From Phaeosaccion multiseriatum (Eukaryota; Protista; Ochrophyta, other classes): DNA of 64,000 bases. The stretch lies in contig OZ218959.1 of assembly GCA_965112735.1 (NCBI GenBank), positions 3,162,001 to 3,226,000 on the forward strand, given 5' to 3'. The notes beneath the pieces were generated by a model. It saw only the letters and a list, made by a program, of their open reading frames with translations. It made no database searches and was not told the DNA's origin. Shown in pieces: positions 13,361 to 26,319 of this stretch (positions are counted from its first letter, which is position 1; each line of letters opens with the position of its first letter). The position numbers and the translations under genes were made by a program.

Positions 13361-14346
13361 ATGACGGGCGAGACAGCAGACAGCGACAGCAGCCTCGATC
13401 AGCCCGACCCCTCGGCTTACCACTCCCACTTACACACCTCGGACAGCAGCAGTGGCCTTGGCGTCAAGAAAGAAGGCGTGGTGTCAAGAAAAGCGTCGGA
13501 TTTCAAAATAAACGGAGGTGGACACCGCGCAAGGATCGCATCGCAAAAGAGCGGACCCCTACTCCTGCCTCTCAAGTAGGTGCAGTCCTCTATGTGTGTG
13601 CCAATGGAAAACGAAAACGGGAGTGACCTCACAGGCGTACTACTATCGCTGCACGTGCCCAACTTCCTCGCGCCCCCCCCGCCCCCCCCCCAACCACCTC
13701 TCTTAATCACCAGGCTCACGGGCAGCGAGCTGTTGGCAGAATTCTCCACTCCAGGCGGGATATCAGGCCTGGTGACCCGAGCGAGCACAAAAAACATCCT
13801 CCCATCAGATGGGAATCCACGGGAGACGTGCGCGAATATAAATCGCATCACCATGCTCCTCCGCAGTTCCGATCTGTGTTGCGATATAGCCAAGGTGGGG
13901 TTGGTGCTGGCAAGAGGACTTGAGGGCGGCGGCCTTTGTGCGGGACGGAAGGGCAAGGGAAGGTGGAATAGGATGGGATTGCACCGCATGGCATATAGCC
14001 ATGGGCATTATCCACCCCCACGCACCACCCTACTTCTTCTCCTTCATCATTCGATCCTATCTGTACGCACTGTTGCTACTCTACAGGGGCGTGGGGTCCT
14101 GATACCCACTCAGACCCGTTACTTAACACTACCTAACGTACGGCTGTTCCGTTCCCTCCTGACCTGTCCATGCTTCTTGCCGCATTTCCATGATGGTCGA
14201 TCATGAAGGTGCTAAACCTGGCGAGGAATCTCGCGGAGAAAATGGTCGTGAAGGAGTACAGCAACGGGGACGTACTGTTCAACAAGGGTGCGCCTGCAAG
14301 GACGCTGTTTCTCGTCCTAAAGGTGAGCAAGTAGAGCGAAGGAGAT

Positions 14347-14379
<33 letters not shown>

Positions 14380-15471
14380 GGAGAAGGAGGAGGAGGAGGA
14401 GGAGGAGGAGGAGGAGGAGGAGAAGGAGGAGGAGGAGGAGGAGGAGGAAGAAGAGGAGGAGGACGAGGAGGAGGAGGAGGAGGAGGAGGAGGGGAGGAGA
14501 AGGAGGAGGAGAAGGAGAAGGAGGAGGAGGAGGAGGAGGAGGAGGAGGAGGAGGAGGAGGAGGAGGAGGAGGGGGGGGAGCTCTTCCTTGGCTTCGGTAC
14601 ACTTCTGTATGACGCGCACACACTCACTATTGTGCTGTGGGGAAGAAGAAAATGATACACATCTCGCACCCGAGCACCCCCACCCCATGTTAATATCCAT
14701 CAATCGGCTCGTCGTCATCGCTCTGCCCAACGTTGTGCATCCTCTCCCCCCTCCTTCCCTCCCTCCCTCCCTCCCTCCCTCCCTCCCTCCTCCTTCTTCT
14801 TGATCGCCTTGCTATCGTCTGGCGCAGGGTCGTGTGTCGCTGCAAGCCAAGGAGCCCACCCCTGAGGCGGAGGACGCACGGGCGGTGTTCCGTAAGCTGT
14901 CCATGGGGGAAAAGACGGCGGCAGTAGGCGCAGGCCTGGGCAGCAGGAAGGGCAGCGGCAAAATGGGCTCCGGACCTATATCGGCTCGCAAGGCCTCCGC
15001 TGCCTTCGCGGTGAGTGAGTGAGTGAGTGAGTGCGCTTGTGCGTGCGCGCGTGTTTGAGCAAGGGAGAGAGGGAGCGAGCCAGAGTGAACCCTCACCAAG
15101 GAAAAGCCTGTGCTCTGCCCCCCCCCCGTCCTCAACTTTCATCATGCACCACCAACTGACTCAACTCCCTGTTGCTCCCCCCCCCCCTAACGCGCCGCAC
15201 ACCCTTGCGCAGACTCATCGCGCTTCGGTGCTTCACCACTCTCTTCACGCAGACGTGGAGCGCTTTGTCAAGGAGAAGGCGGCCGACCAGGCAGGAGGAC
15301 ACACCTTCAAGGAAGTGCAGGGCGTTCAGGTGAGAGGGGGAGGGCATACGTTCATGCGTGTTGAGGGAGTACACCGTGGGGACAGACAAGCCATCGCCTG
15401 TTCAGCCATAGCTAGTACTCTGAATCATGGTATTTTTCTCTCCTCGCCCGTGTCTCCTTCTCTCTCTCTCT

Positions 15472-15527
<56 letters not shown>

Positions 15528-17263
15528 GCCCACAAGGTGGCGAGGAGGAAGAGGCAACAATCCATCATCGGAGGAGTTCAACAAGCCCTCGGCGAAGTGA
15601 GTACATCCCCCCTACTTCGCTCGGCCACCTCCGCCCTCGACATTGCTGCCCAGCGCCGAAGGAGCAATCGCCGAAGAGGCAGCACCTCCCGACGTCTTCG
15701 AGGCATCTCCTCCGGGTCGCTCGGTAGGGGAGGGCAGGGCAGCTCCAAGCAGCTGCTGCTGGCGGGGGGGGGGGGGGGGGTGTCAGGGAGGTGGAGTGGG
15801 AAGCTGACAAGGAGAGCATTGACTGATCGCAGCATCAAAGAGGAGAGGGACGATGGACAAGGCGACGGACAGGTACGTGCGGTATGTGATGTTATGTTAT
15901 GTATGTATGTATGTATGTATGTATGTATGTATGTATGTATGTATGTATGTATGTATGTATGTATGTATGTATGTATGTATGTATGTTATGTTATGTTATG
16001 TTATGTTATGTTATGTTATGTTATGTATGTATGTATGTATGTATGTATGTATGTATGTATGTATGTATGTATGTATGTATGTATGTATGTATGTATGTAT
16101 GTATGTATGTATGTATGTATGTATGTATGTATGTATGTATGTATGTATGTATGTATGTATGTATGTATGTATGTATGTATGTATGTATGTATGTATGTAT
16201 GTATGTATGTATGTATGTATGTATGTATGTATGTATGTATGTATGTATGTATGTATGTATGTATGCATGTATGTATGTATGATGGAGAGATGAGGGGGAG
16301 AGAGGAAGAGCGAGAGAGAGGAGAGAGGGACGGAGAGGGACAGAGAGGGGGGGGAGAGAGGGACAGAGAGGGGGAACAGAGAGGGACAGCGAGGGAAGGG
16401 AGAGAGGAAGAGTGCCTGTGTGAGAGGGAGAGAGAGAGAGAGAGGAAGAGTGCCTGTGTGAGAGGGAGAGAGGGGGAGCTCTTCGCCGCCTTTGCCTGTG
16501 CCGCCAGTCACGTGGTGTGCACACTTCGCCTTCCTCCCTTTTGTGGGCACTGATCATTCGAGGCCGCCCATCATCCACGGTCCCTAGTCTTACGGATCCT
16601 TGCTTGTCGTTGGATTGACAGGCTGACGACTGCAGTGAGAGCACCTCCTCTTCATCATCGGGCTATACGAGCTACACCAGCAGTAGCAGTGGCAGTGGCA
16701 GTGGCAGCGGCAGTGGCAGCGGTAGCAGCAGTGGTAGCAGCAGCAGCGGAAGTCTGTTCGACGAGGATGGAGAAGAGCGGCGAGAGGAGGAGGAAGAGGA
16801 GGAGGAGGAGGAGGAAGAAGAAGAGGAGGAGGAGGAAGAAGAAGAGGAAGTGGACGATGATGATGATGATGAGGAGGAGGAGTACGATGAAGATGAGGAT
16901 GATGACGATGATGAGGATGACGACGGGACAGAGGACGACGACGGGGAAGACGGAATGATGGAGGGAAGCATACCCACCACCACGACTCTGTCCCAACTCC
17001 TTGGGGGAACCTTTGCCTATGCAGGAGAGTTGATTGGTCAGACCTCTCGCACTGCCAGGCTCGGCACCAAGGGAGGCCCTCCTGTTACCCCCTCGAGCGC
17101 CGGCAGCATGGGAGGTCATGGCGGAGGAGGTGAAGGTGGGGCGGGTAGGGGAGGGTGGGGGGGACGTTCGACAAGCTCGGGCCACCACGGGCATGGCCAC
17201 GGGCATCGGTCGGCACGCCGTAGTATGGGGTCTGATCACCACCATCGCCATCATCACAGTCGC

Positions 17264-17294
<31 letters not shown>

Positions 17295-20200
17295 GTCATC
17301 ATAGTAGTAGCAGACACCACAGCACTGGGTCGCGGCACAGCAGCAGCCGCCTTCGGTTACACAAGCACCATCACCTCGGGCCTTCTTCTTCTTCTCATCA
17401 TCATCACCGTCACCATCATCATCGTCATCATCATCATCGTCATCATCACCACCGTCATCACTCTTCCCATCGACACCATTCTCATGATCATCGCCATTCT
17501 TCCCATCGCCACTCCTCGTCCCACCACCACCACCGCCGCCACCACAGCCACCACCACCATCGACATCGCAGCCAGGGTGACACCCACCACCACCCTCACC
17601 GCCACCACCACCACCACCATCACCATCACCATCACCGGCCTCGTAGTAGAGCCTACGGTGACAAGACTCCGCCTGCCAGCGCGAGGCGTGCCGGCACAGC
17701 AAACAGTGGAGCAGGAGGAGTGGACGGTGCTAGTAGCGTCGGCAGCAGCAGCGTCAGCAACGGCCGGAAGCGTCGTCCCAATCGTCGTCGCGGCCCTCCC
17801 CCCCTGCCCGCCAAGCTCGTCGGCAGACACAAGCTCTGGGCCGTGGCAGCGGATGATGATCAGGCCGTTGTGGTGGCCTGTCTCAAGGTAGGTGTGTTGG
17901 CGGTACGGTGTTTAGAAGTTAGAAGTTGTCGGAAGGTTGTCAGTTGTGATTGAAGCCTGCTTCTTATCCGTGCTGCCCTGTGTGTGGACACTAGTAGTGG
18001 ACTGAGCTCATTGCAGACCCGAGGATGTGTGTTTGTGTGTGGGTCCTGGGGGTCCTCCTCCACCTGCGTCGGGATAGTCCATCATCGATGCCCACCCACT
18101 TTCCCCGCTGTGAAACCTCCGACATGAAGCATCATACACTTACTTCTTACTTACTTTGTTACTTACAACTTCCTACTTACGTACTTCCTTACTCTCTTTC
18201 GACTCTCTGTCTTACTTACTCTCTTCCCTCTCTTCCCATAATAATACATAATAATACATAATAATAATACATAGGTGGAGGACTTTGCTGCCGCCCAGGC
18301 CGAGGCACTGCGGCAGGAGCAGCTCACTACACGCAGGGACCTCCGCCTCTGCCCTGCCTTCTCTGGATGGAGCGACCGACAGATACGCGCAGTGGCAGAG
18401 GCAGCAGCGCTCATGTACGCACCGCCCAACAGCTCTCTGCTGCAGAGGGGGGAGCTTGTAGATCACTTGTTTGTGGTCAAGAGGGGCATGGCAAATGTCC
18501 TAAAGCCGCCGTCCAGGGCTCCGGATCAGTTGCAGCCGATCAAGGCGTTTGGGTGGACTCCGGGTGAGAGGGGAGGGAGGGGAGGGAGGGAGGGGGGGAG
18601 AAGAGAGGGAGGGGAGGGGAGGGAGGGGACGGAGGGGGTGGGGAGGAAGGGGAGAGAAGGAGGGAGGTTAGAGGGGAGGGAGGGCGGAAGGGAGGCATAG
18701 AGACTCGCTCCCCCGCCCACTCTTGCCAGGGAGAAGCGCCAGTCACGAAATCGCTATCTTACCTCATTCTGCCACCCTCTGCTTGCTGCCTTCGGCTGCC
18801 TTGCTCCTCCCTCCCTCCCTCCCTCCCTCCCTCCCTCCCTCCCTCCCTCCCTCCCTCCCTCCCTCCCTCCCTCCCTCCCTCCCTCCCTCCCTCCCTCCCT
18901 CCCTCCCTCCCTCCCTCCCTCCCTCCCTCCCTCCCTCCCTCCCTCCCTCCCTCCCTCCCTCCCTCCCTCCCTCCCTCCCTCCCTCCCTCCCTCCCTCCCT
19001 CCCTCCCTCCCTCCCTCCCTCCCTCCCTCCCTCCCTCCCTCCCCCCCTCCCTCCCTCCCTCCCTCCCTCCCCCCATCCCTCCCTCCACCCCTCTCTCTCC
19101 CTTCCTTCCTCGCTCCCTCCCTTCCTCCCTCCCTCCGCCCCCCCTCCACCCCTCTCCCTCCCTCTCCCTCCCTCCCTCCCTCTCTCCCTCCCTCCCTCCC
19201 TCCCTCCCTCCCTCCCTGCCACTCTCCCCCCCCCCAGGCACGCCGCAATGCACAACATCAGCAGCGGGACTAAGCAAGAAGGGAAGAAGCTCACAGGCCA
19301 GCCTCGACCACTCGGCATCCTTCGGCGGCGAGGCCCAAGTACCGGGCAGTGGAGGAGGAGGAGGAGGAGGAGGAGGAGGAGGAGGAGAGGGAGGAGAGGG
19401 AGGAGAGGGAGCAGAAGGAGGACCACAGCGGCAGGGGCAAGGACAGCAGCTGGAGGGTCTGCCGGGGCACACCGCTTCAACCCCCGGTTCCTCCTCCGAC
19501 GAGCTGTCGAAGCTGCTGTCACTGGTGGATAGGCCGGCACGGTGGCTTGTGGCCGATGTCGGCAAGGAGAAGCCTCCGCCGTTGTGGAACCTTCAGGAGG
19601 CGAGAGGGCCCTCGCTTCAGAGGTGAGAGGGAGGGAGGGAGGGAGGGAGGGAGAGAATGTAAGAGAGGGAGGGAGGGAGGGAGGGAGGGAGGGAGGGAGA
19701 GAGAGAATGTAAGAGAGGGAGGGAGAGAGGGAGGGAGGGAGGGAGGGAGGGAAGGAGGGAGGGAGGGAGGGAGGGAGAGAATGTAAGAGAGACGGTTAAG
19801 AGAGAGAGTTGAGTGTTTGAGCTGTACTTACGCCCTTTGCCTCCCCTTCTCACCCCTCGCCCCCCTCTTCCTCTTTCCCTTTCCCCTCCTTTGCTAATAA
19901 TTCCTCCCTCCAGTACCGATGCCGCAGCGGGGCAGACTGGGACAGTCTCAGCGGCGGCCACAGCGGCTCCCGGAGATCAACCGCAGCAGGTGGTGACATC
20001 ACAGCAGCAGGTGGTGACATCACAGCAGCAGGAAGTTCAGCAACAGCCACAACAGCAGACGCAGCAGCAGCAGCAGCAGCAGCAGCAGACACAGCAGCAG
20101 CAAGACCAACAACAACAGCAGCAGCAGCAGGTACAGCGAGGAAGCCGGTGATGAGGAACAGACAGACCCATAGCTACCTTGCTTGAACCTTGTACTACCT

Positions 20201-20952
20201 CGCGCACTGTCTCATGTGTGTGTGATTGAAACCCCTTCAGTCCAGCAGACCGCCACACAGCCTCTGAATCCGGCTCGCCCTCTCCTCCTCTCCTCCTTTC
20301 CTTCCTCCCCCTCCTCCCCTTCCTCCCGTCACACCTCTTCCTCCACACCCGTCTCCACGTTCCCACACCCCTTCCTCCCTTCCACTCAGGCCAACACGAC
20401 GACAGGGGGTGTACCCACGGGCCCGGGTCACGCTGCCCCACCGCCGCCGTCGGAGGAGCACCTTGTTACGGAGCCCCCCCTGGTGTGTGTGGTTGGTCGT
20501 AGTTACTACTTGACTGACTTGTATCCTTTATCGCTTTTGTTCTCAGGGATCTTGTGGTGCCATCCCTCACACATGTTTGGCGTTGCCTAATGCGGCCATC
20601 GGCCCGGTGGATAAGCATCACACAAATCATTCCTTCCTTCCTTCCTTCCTTCCTTCCTTCCTTCCTTCCTTCCTTCCTTCCTTCCTTGCTTGCTTGCTTG
20701 CTGACTTTTTACTTACTTACGTATGTAAGTACGTACGTACGTACTTACTTGCTCACATTCCAACCGCCTGTCGGATTGTCATATCACCAACAGGTGTGCG
20801 TGGGCGTGGTGGGTGCGGGGCAGGTGTTCGGGGAGGTGTCCCTCCTGCAGCGCTCCTCACAGGGCAGCAACGAAGTTATGAGCAGCGTAACCGTCATCGC
20901 ACTCACCTCAGTTGAAGGTACGAGGGCTGTGTGTGAGTGTGTCTGAGTGTGC

Positions 20953-20999
<47 letters not shown>

Positions 21000-22182
21000 T
21001 GTGAGTGTGTGTGTGTGCGTGTGCATGCGATGCCCCCTCCCACCCTTCTCTCTCTCTCCCTCTCTCTCTTTGCTCTCCCTCCTCCTCGTTCTCTCCCCCC
21101 CTCTCCCTCTCCCCTCCCTCTCTGTATGACTCTCCCCCCTCCCCTCTCTCTCCCGCTCTGTCTCTCAATCGGCCATGCCGTGGCTGTCTAACACTCAGTG
21201 ATCCGCCTTCACCCCCCCCCCTCCCCCCTTGAACAATCACAGTGTACGCCATCCCGAAGGACCACTTGCTGCAGTTGGGGGCGGCTTTCAACAAGTCAGT
21301 CGTTGCCAAGCTCAGGTACGGAAAGAGAGAGAGATGTCCACCCATACGCCTGTTTGCCTGCCTGCTGGTCCATATGCCTACCTACCTGCCTGTCTGCCTG
21401 TTTGCTTGCCCATATGCCTACCTCCCTGCCTGCCTGCCTACCTGCCTGCTTGCCCATGTGCCTACCTACCTACCTCCCTGCCTGCCTGCCTACCTGCCTG
21501 CTTGCCCATATGCCTGCCCATATCCCTGGCCGTCTGCCTGCACTCTACGGTCTCATCCCTACCCCACCCTACCCCGTCCCATCTACTGCCATCCCACCCC
21601 TTTTTCATGTGCCCTGTGAGACCCGCCCAAGCCTCTGTCCTGACACCCACTTCACCACACCCCATCTACTACCATCCCACCGTATCATCTATGTTGTCTA
21701 TCGATCTATCTATCCATCCATCCAGTGCGAGTGGCAAGATGAACAACCCGCCTGCGGACAAGCTCGCTCACTACCTCTCTCTAAGAGGCCAATGGGAGAG
21801 GCGCCGAGTCGAGGTGTGTGTGGTGCAGGAGCCACCTGCCATGGCCTAACGCTGGTTTCCTTGCCTACGCCTGGGCCATTGACTTCAAAATAGGATAGAT
21901 AGCCCACAACTGCATCATCACGCGAAAGTCGTTGTGTGCACATTGAAAGGGCTTCAAACTGTGAACTGGAACTGAAACAATCTTCTTGTCACCCCTCTCT
22001 CCCCCCCTGGGCAGGTGCTCGGTCAGGTGATGGGTAAGGCCTACGTGAGGCGTGCAGAGGCCTCCGCCAAGCTCCACAAGAGGCAGGCGCGACAGGCCAG
22101 GAGGGCGGCAGCGGCAGAGGAGAAGGAGGCTTCTTCGCAGCCCACAGAGGGGAGGAACTATGCCTCAATGTTCTTATCGTAG
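13361..22182 (+). CDS. Protein with two cyclic-nucleotide-binding (cNMP/CNB) domains and large low-complexity inserts
   Basis: CNB1: LARNLAEKMVVKEYSNGDVLFNKGAPARTLFLVLKG/RVSL ... LLGGTFAYAGELIG ... RHKLWAVA..VACLK/VEDF. CNB2: LRLCPAFSGWSDRQIRAVAE..LLQRGELVDHLFVVKRG ... VGAGQVFGEVSLL..SSVTVIALTSVE/VYAIPK. First intron phase checks (CTC AA|gt..ag|G CTC). Stop TAG at 22180-22182. Confidence 0.75.
15890..16281. repeat. (GTAT)n/(GTTAT)n intronic microsatellite
   Basis: Directly visible, starting just after the donor at ~15873. Confidence 0.95.
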
Positions 22183-22474
22183 CTGCTTGCTTAGGTATAC
22201 TGGTCAGCTGAGTCATGCGACACAAGAGGACGAAAACGCTCAGTTAATTGTATTTTTTTATTAATTAAAAAAGGTGATTAAAAGATTAAGATTAAAACAA
22301 TCTTTTATAGCTGCCTAAAGATTCAATAATCTCTGCTACCGCACGCGCTCCTTATGACCATCGTCCTTCCCTTCTACACCTTTACATACACAAAACACTC
22401 TCCAGCATCTGCGCCCCTCCTCCCGCACTCCAAATCGTCGCCATCCATGAACACACGGGGACATGTGCATGACC

Positions 22475-23677
22475 TCAAACCTCGCATGTGCACGGCTTGC
22501 CGTTGGCATGTACCCATTCCGTAATCTCTTCAATGCGGTCTGGGTTTTTCACCTCCCAATGCTCGCCTACGCTTGCATAGTAGGCCTGCAAGGCGCGGGG
22601 GCAAGACCACCTGTCCCACGGACAGCCCACCTCTTCCGAACGGAGCCACTGCAGCATCTCCAGATTCTCGCCATTTATCACGGCGTCTTGGCAAAGCCTG
22701 GGGTCGTCCCAGCCTTCGCAAAGATGCCGTGCGTGGGCGTGCAGCCACTTGAGCACTTCAATAGTGCCGCCGGAAGCGACGAAGAAGGGCCCCATCCTCC
22801 ATTTGTTCAAAGCGATGGCAGCATCGAGAGGTAGCTCCTCCCAGAAGTCCTGGGTTTCCGCTGCCACCAACTCTATTATGGCCCTGACCCTGGGGTGGGC
22901 GAAGACCCACTCTATCACCGTGAAACTGTTGCTCAGCAGCGCAGCCTCCCAGACAGTGAAGTCGAACGGAGCACCAATCTCGTTGGACAGCAGCCACTCC
23001 AGCTTGGCCAGTGCTCCTTCTTGGGCAGCTGCATAGCAGACGAAGGGGATAAAGGGGCGCCCCTCTTGATGCAGCCAGCACAGGATATCCAAGCCGTGCT
23101 GTTCATTCCTAGCCGCACCACACGCCACCAGTGCTCCATTCGTCGAGTCCAGCGTGTCCAGAAATCTACACACGGCCAGGTCATGGAAACAAGCCGCGGT
23201 AGTGTATGTCTCCGGGGATAATTCATAGCCATTGTGCAGTTGAGCCCAGCGGATTCGATCCACGGACTCCGTCACACTTAGATGAGAGGTGCTGCATGCT
23301 GGGTGTTGGTTCGTGTAGAACGCCCGCCAGCGCTTGCTGATGGCACCAACGAAGGCGTACTGATTCTTCCCGATGAAGATAATAATCATGGTGAAGATGA
23401 GATCGATTTCCAGCGCATTGCCATTTGCTCTCTCCATTGCTTCCTCTCTGTCAAAGAGCAGCGCCTGGGGTTTACTGCGTCGCTCCGCCGCTGGTGCTGC
23501 TGGTGCTGCTGGTGCTGCTGATGCTGCTGGTGCTGCTGGTGCTGCTGGTGCTGCTGGTGCTGCTGGTGCTGCTGGTGCTGCTGGTGCTGCTGGTGCTGCT
23601 GGTGCTGCTGGTGCTGCTGGTGCTGCTGGTGCTGCTGGTGCTGCTGGTGCTGCTGGTCCAGCTGGTGCTCGCTCCAT
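22475..23677 (-). CDS. Intronless ankyrin-repeat-like protein (algal/giant-virus 'LxWLRxxGCPWD' type) with N-terminal (PAA)n tract
   Basis: 400-aa open frame. F-box-like N-part (IIFIG..YAFVGAISKRWR), repeated AA..G.L..L.WL helices, C-terminal AVINGENLEMLQWLRSEEVGCPWD. A 9-bp repeat at 23490-23660 encodes the PAA tract. Confidence 0.75.
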   Translation of the reverse strand: MERAPAGPAAPAAPAAPAAPAAPAAPAAPAAPAAPAAPAAPAAPAAPAAPAASAAPAAPAAPAAERRSKPQALLFDREEAMERANGNALEIDLIFTMIIIFIGKNQYAFVGAISKRWRAFYTNQHPACSTSHLSVTESVDRIRWAQLHNGYELSPETYTTAACFHDLAVCRFLDTLDSTNGALVACGAARNEQHGLDILCWLHQEGRPFIPFVCYAAAQEGALAKLEWLLSNEIGAPFDFTVWEAALLSNSFTVIEWVFAHPRVRAIIELVAAETQDFWEELPLDAAIALNKWRMGPFFVASGGTIEVLKWLHAHARHLCEGWDDPRLCQDAVINGENLEMLQWLRSEEVGCPWDRWSCPRALQAYYASVGEHWEVKNPDRIEEITEWVHANGKPCTCEV

Positions 23678-23917
23678 CGATGCTTATGCTCGCTGCCCTG
23701 CTGCTACCGCTGCCCCCACCCGCCCGTCCACAGAGAAAAAAAAACACCTTCCGATAACCGAAGATCAGCGCTTCGGAGCTTTCCTGCTGCGCTCCGTTGC
23801 TGAAACTGCTGCTCTTAGTGAGAAGTATTGGTATGGGCCTTGTCCTGCTGCTGCCGCCGCTGCTTCTGCTGCTAATCAACCACCACCCCCCATCCCCACG
23901 ATGGTTAGAAAGGCCCA

Positions 23918-24415
23918 CTGAAGGGCGCATTGCCCTCCATCATTGCCTGTCACAACAGGCGAGAGATGAGCTCCTGATCGTTCCCTGCTGTTCCCTTGGC
24001 CCCAACTCTCTCCCGTCTCTCGCTCCTCGCTCTTTGTTTCTGATCGCGTCCGCAACCCGCAAGCCTTTCTCCCACCCTTGGAGAGCGTGAGAGCACGCCG
24101 CCACGACGCCATTTTCTCTTCTATCATAACCGCCATCGTCTCTTTGTGTCTCTTCCGTACCCCCCCTCCTCAGGAGCTGCCTGTGGCTCACAACTCGTGC
24201 TGCAGCGGCTCACAACACGTGCTGCAGTGAAAATTTGGCGGTTGAGATCACAGCTGGCAAATCTCCGTGTTCCACCACGCGAGCTTCAACACCCCAACCA
24301 TAGATGGCACTTAAGGGCCCATATCCCCTTGGCCCCAACTCTCCCCCGTGTTTCTGATCTCGTCCTCAAGCCGCAAGCCTTTCTCCCACCGCCACGGCAC
24401 CATTTCTGCTCCATA
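23918..24415 (+). repeat. Dispersed ~500-bp element 'R', copy 1 (direct repeat of 27439-27975)
   Basis: Near-identical text in both copies, e.g. gcgcattgccctccat..tgtcacaacaggcgagagatgagct..gctgcagtgaaaatttggcggttgagatcacagctggcaaatctcc..ccatttctg. It contains two internal sub-repeats. Confidence 0.9.
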
Positions 24416-24448
24416 ATAACCGCCACCGCCTCTTTGCTTATTAAGGGT

Positions 24449-24633
24449 AGAAAATGGTGTCTTGCCAATTGCCATGCTCTGCAAGAGTGGGGGGGAAAGG
24501 CTTGCGGCTCGAGGACTAGATCAGAAACAAAGAGAAAGGAGCAAGAGACGGGAGAGAGTGGGGCCAAGGGAAGAACAAGGGGCGATCAGAAGTACATCTC
24601 TCGCCTGTAAACGCTCTATTGTAACCGGCAACG
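24449..24633 (-). repeat. Inverted, more diverged partial copy of element R
   Basis: agaaaatgg..gaaaggcttgcgg..gatcagaaacaaagag..gagacgggagagag.tggggccaaggga..cgatcag..catctctcgcctgt is the reverse complement of ~23941-24120. Confidence 0.85.
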
Positions 24634-24669
24634 GTATGGCCCGCCATGGGCCCATGCGCCGTGGCGCCT

Positions 24670-25752
24670 CTCTCAGAGACTTGGTGGATGAGGACGGCTT
24701 CACCCCCCTCTTCGATGCTATGTCGCAGGATCATGTGAAGATCGCGTCTGAGCTGATACAAGCTGGTGCCTCAGTCAAGGTGAAGAGCTCGACTGCCATG
24801 ACACCTCTACACGTGGCCGCACCTCTGGGCAACATGGAGATGTCTTATCTGCTTGTGGAGGCTGAGGTTGAGATCGATGCTCTGACCAACACGGGGCCAA
24901 AGTCCCTTGATGACCTGTATGCATCCTGATAAACAAGCCGTGTCAGGCGTACTTACCACATACCTAGCTGTGCCAGGCAGCCAGGAGGCCCGCGAGAAGG
25001 TTGCTACATTCCTGCTGAAGATGGGCGCTGCGGTTGACGGAAAGATCGTCGCTTTGGCAGCAGAGAAGGGCTTCGGTGATGTGCTGGCCTCGTTTCTCAG
25101 CAGAGGCAGGGAGGAGAGGGATGCTTTCTCTGGTAGATTGGACACCGTAGCTGAGCACTATTCCATCCTGGGCGGCAGCGGTGAAGGAGACACGCGCAGC
25201 CAAGAGGTGGCGGATGTGCGACTGGTGAACAAAGTGAGTGGGGCGAAGGGGGAGAAGCTGTACGCTTTGAGCATCCCGCTGGTGGAGCAGCTGATGGAGA
25301 AGGTCAGCGAGGGAGGGGGGGAAGAAAGAGAGGATGGGACGAAGAGCGCTGGCAAAGACGCTTCTGCGGCAGGAATTCTCTCCACTATACTGGACCCTGC
25401 CAAGTATGGATACAAGAGCGGCAAGAAAGGAAAGGGGAAGGGCAAGAAGAAGGAGATTGAACTGGAGTATGACGGAGTGAGCTTTACGGAGGAGGGCTTT
25501 GAGGCTGTGGTGAAGTTCGTCACCACTGGCAGCGTGGAGGAGCTGCTGACGAGGAAGCTTGGATCGGCAGGGAAGAGAAAGAGAGGCAAGAGCGGCAGTG
25601 GCACCAGAGAACGGGAACAGGGTGACAAGAAGGGGGGCAGCAGTGGTGGTGGTGGTGGAGTGAGGAAAGAGTGTGCAAAGCTGTTTGACGAGATCAGAGC
25701 AAAGCAGGCCCTGCAGGCGGCGGAGTTCTTCTGCTTGGAGGGCCTGTCGACC

Positions 25753-25788
<36 letters not shown>

Positions 25789-25845
25789 CTTTGGTACCAT
25801 GCTCTGCCTACTTCACTTTTTCTAGCGCCCCAGAGAGGGCCGTAA
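24670..25845 (+). pseudogene. Ankyrin + BTB/POZ gene fragment, intronless, frameshifted and truncated
   Basis: Ankyrin repeats DEDGFTPLFDA..HVKIASELIQAGASV..MTPLHVAA..GNMEMSYLLVEA. Removing one G at ~24893-24896 gives TGQSPLMTC and joins the next ORF, which has BTB motifs (ADVRLV..KLYA..; FTEEGFEAVVKFVTTG; ALQAAEFFCLEGL). The homology stops at a (TA)n tract at ~25757-25784. Confidence 0.7.
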
Positions 25846-25974
25846 GACCTGTGTGCAATGTGCTTGCGCAGCTCCCTCCTCCTCCTCCTCCTCCTCCTCC
25901 TCCTCCTCCTCCCCCGTGTGTGTGTGTGTGGGAGTGATGCGCTGTAGTTCCAGCAGACGGCCTCACCTCCCCCC

Positions 25975-26107
25975 GCCCCCCTATCCCCAATACCTTCAAC
26001 ACACACCCATCTTGCACAACTCTCCCCTCTGCGTGTGTGTACAGTACAGTACACACACATCAAAACTCTCCCCTCTCTCTGTGTGTACAGAAGTACACAA
26101 AAAGGCC
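25975..26107 (+). repeat. ~130-bp dispersed repeat (second copy at ~29592-29743)
   Basis: Shared blocks atccccaatac..ccctctgcgtgtgtg.acagtacagtac.cacaca..aactctcc..gtgtgtacagaagtacacaaaaaggc. Confidence 0.8.
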
Positions 26108-26319
26108 AGAGTGAAGAACCTACTCCACTCGGTGGGTGTGCAGTAAGCACACCCCCAACCCTTAGCTACTCAGCGAGTCTGTCTACCTCACTCCCCCCTT
26201 CCCCATTGTTGCCTCGTAATAGTCCACCTCCGAGAAACTCGCAACTTGCCTGGAAGGGATGAAGGTGAAAGAACGAGTCGCCGGAGGCAGAGGCAGATGC
26301 AGGGGTAGAAGTGTGAGCC

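Noticed and set aside
13057-13989. Minus-strand ORFs upstream of the TOM1-like gene
   Set aside because: They overlap the plus-strand cNMP gene exons, have no recognisable motifs, and an in-frame stop lies upstream of the ATG at 12860.
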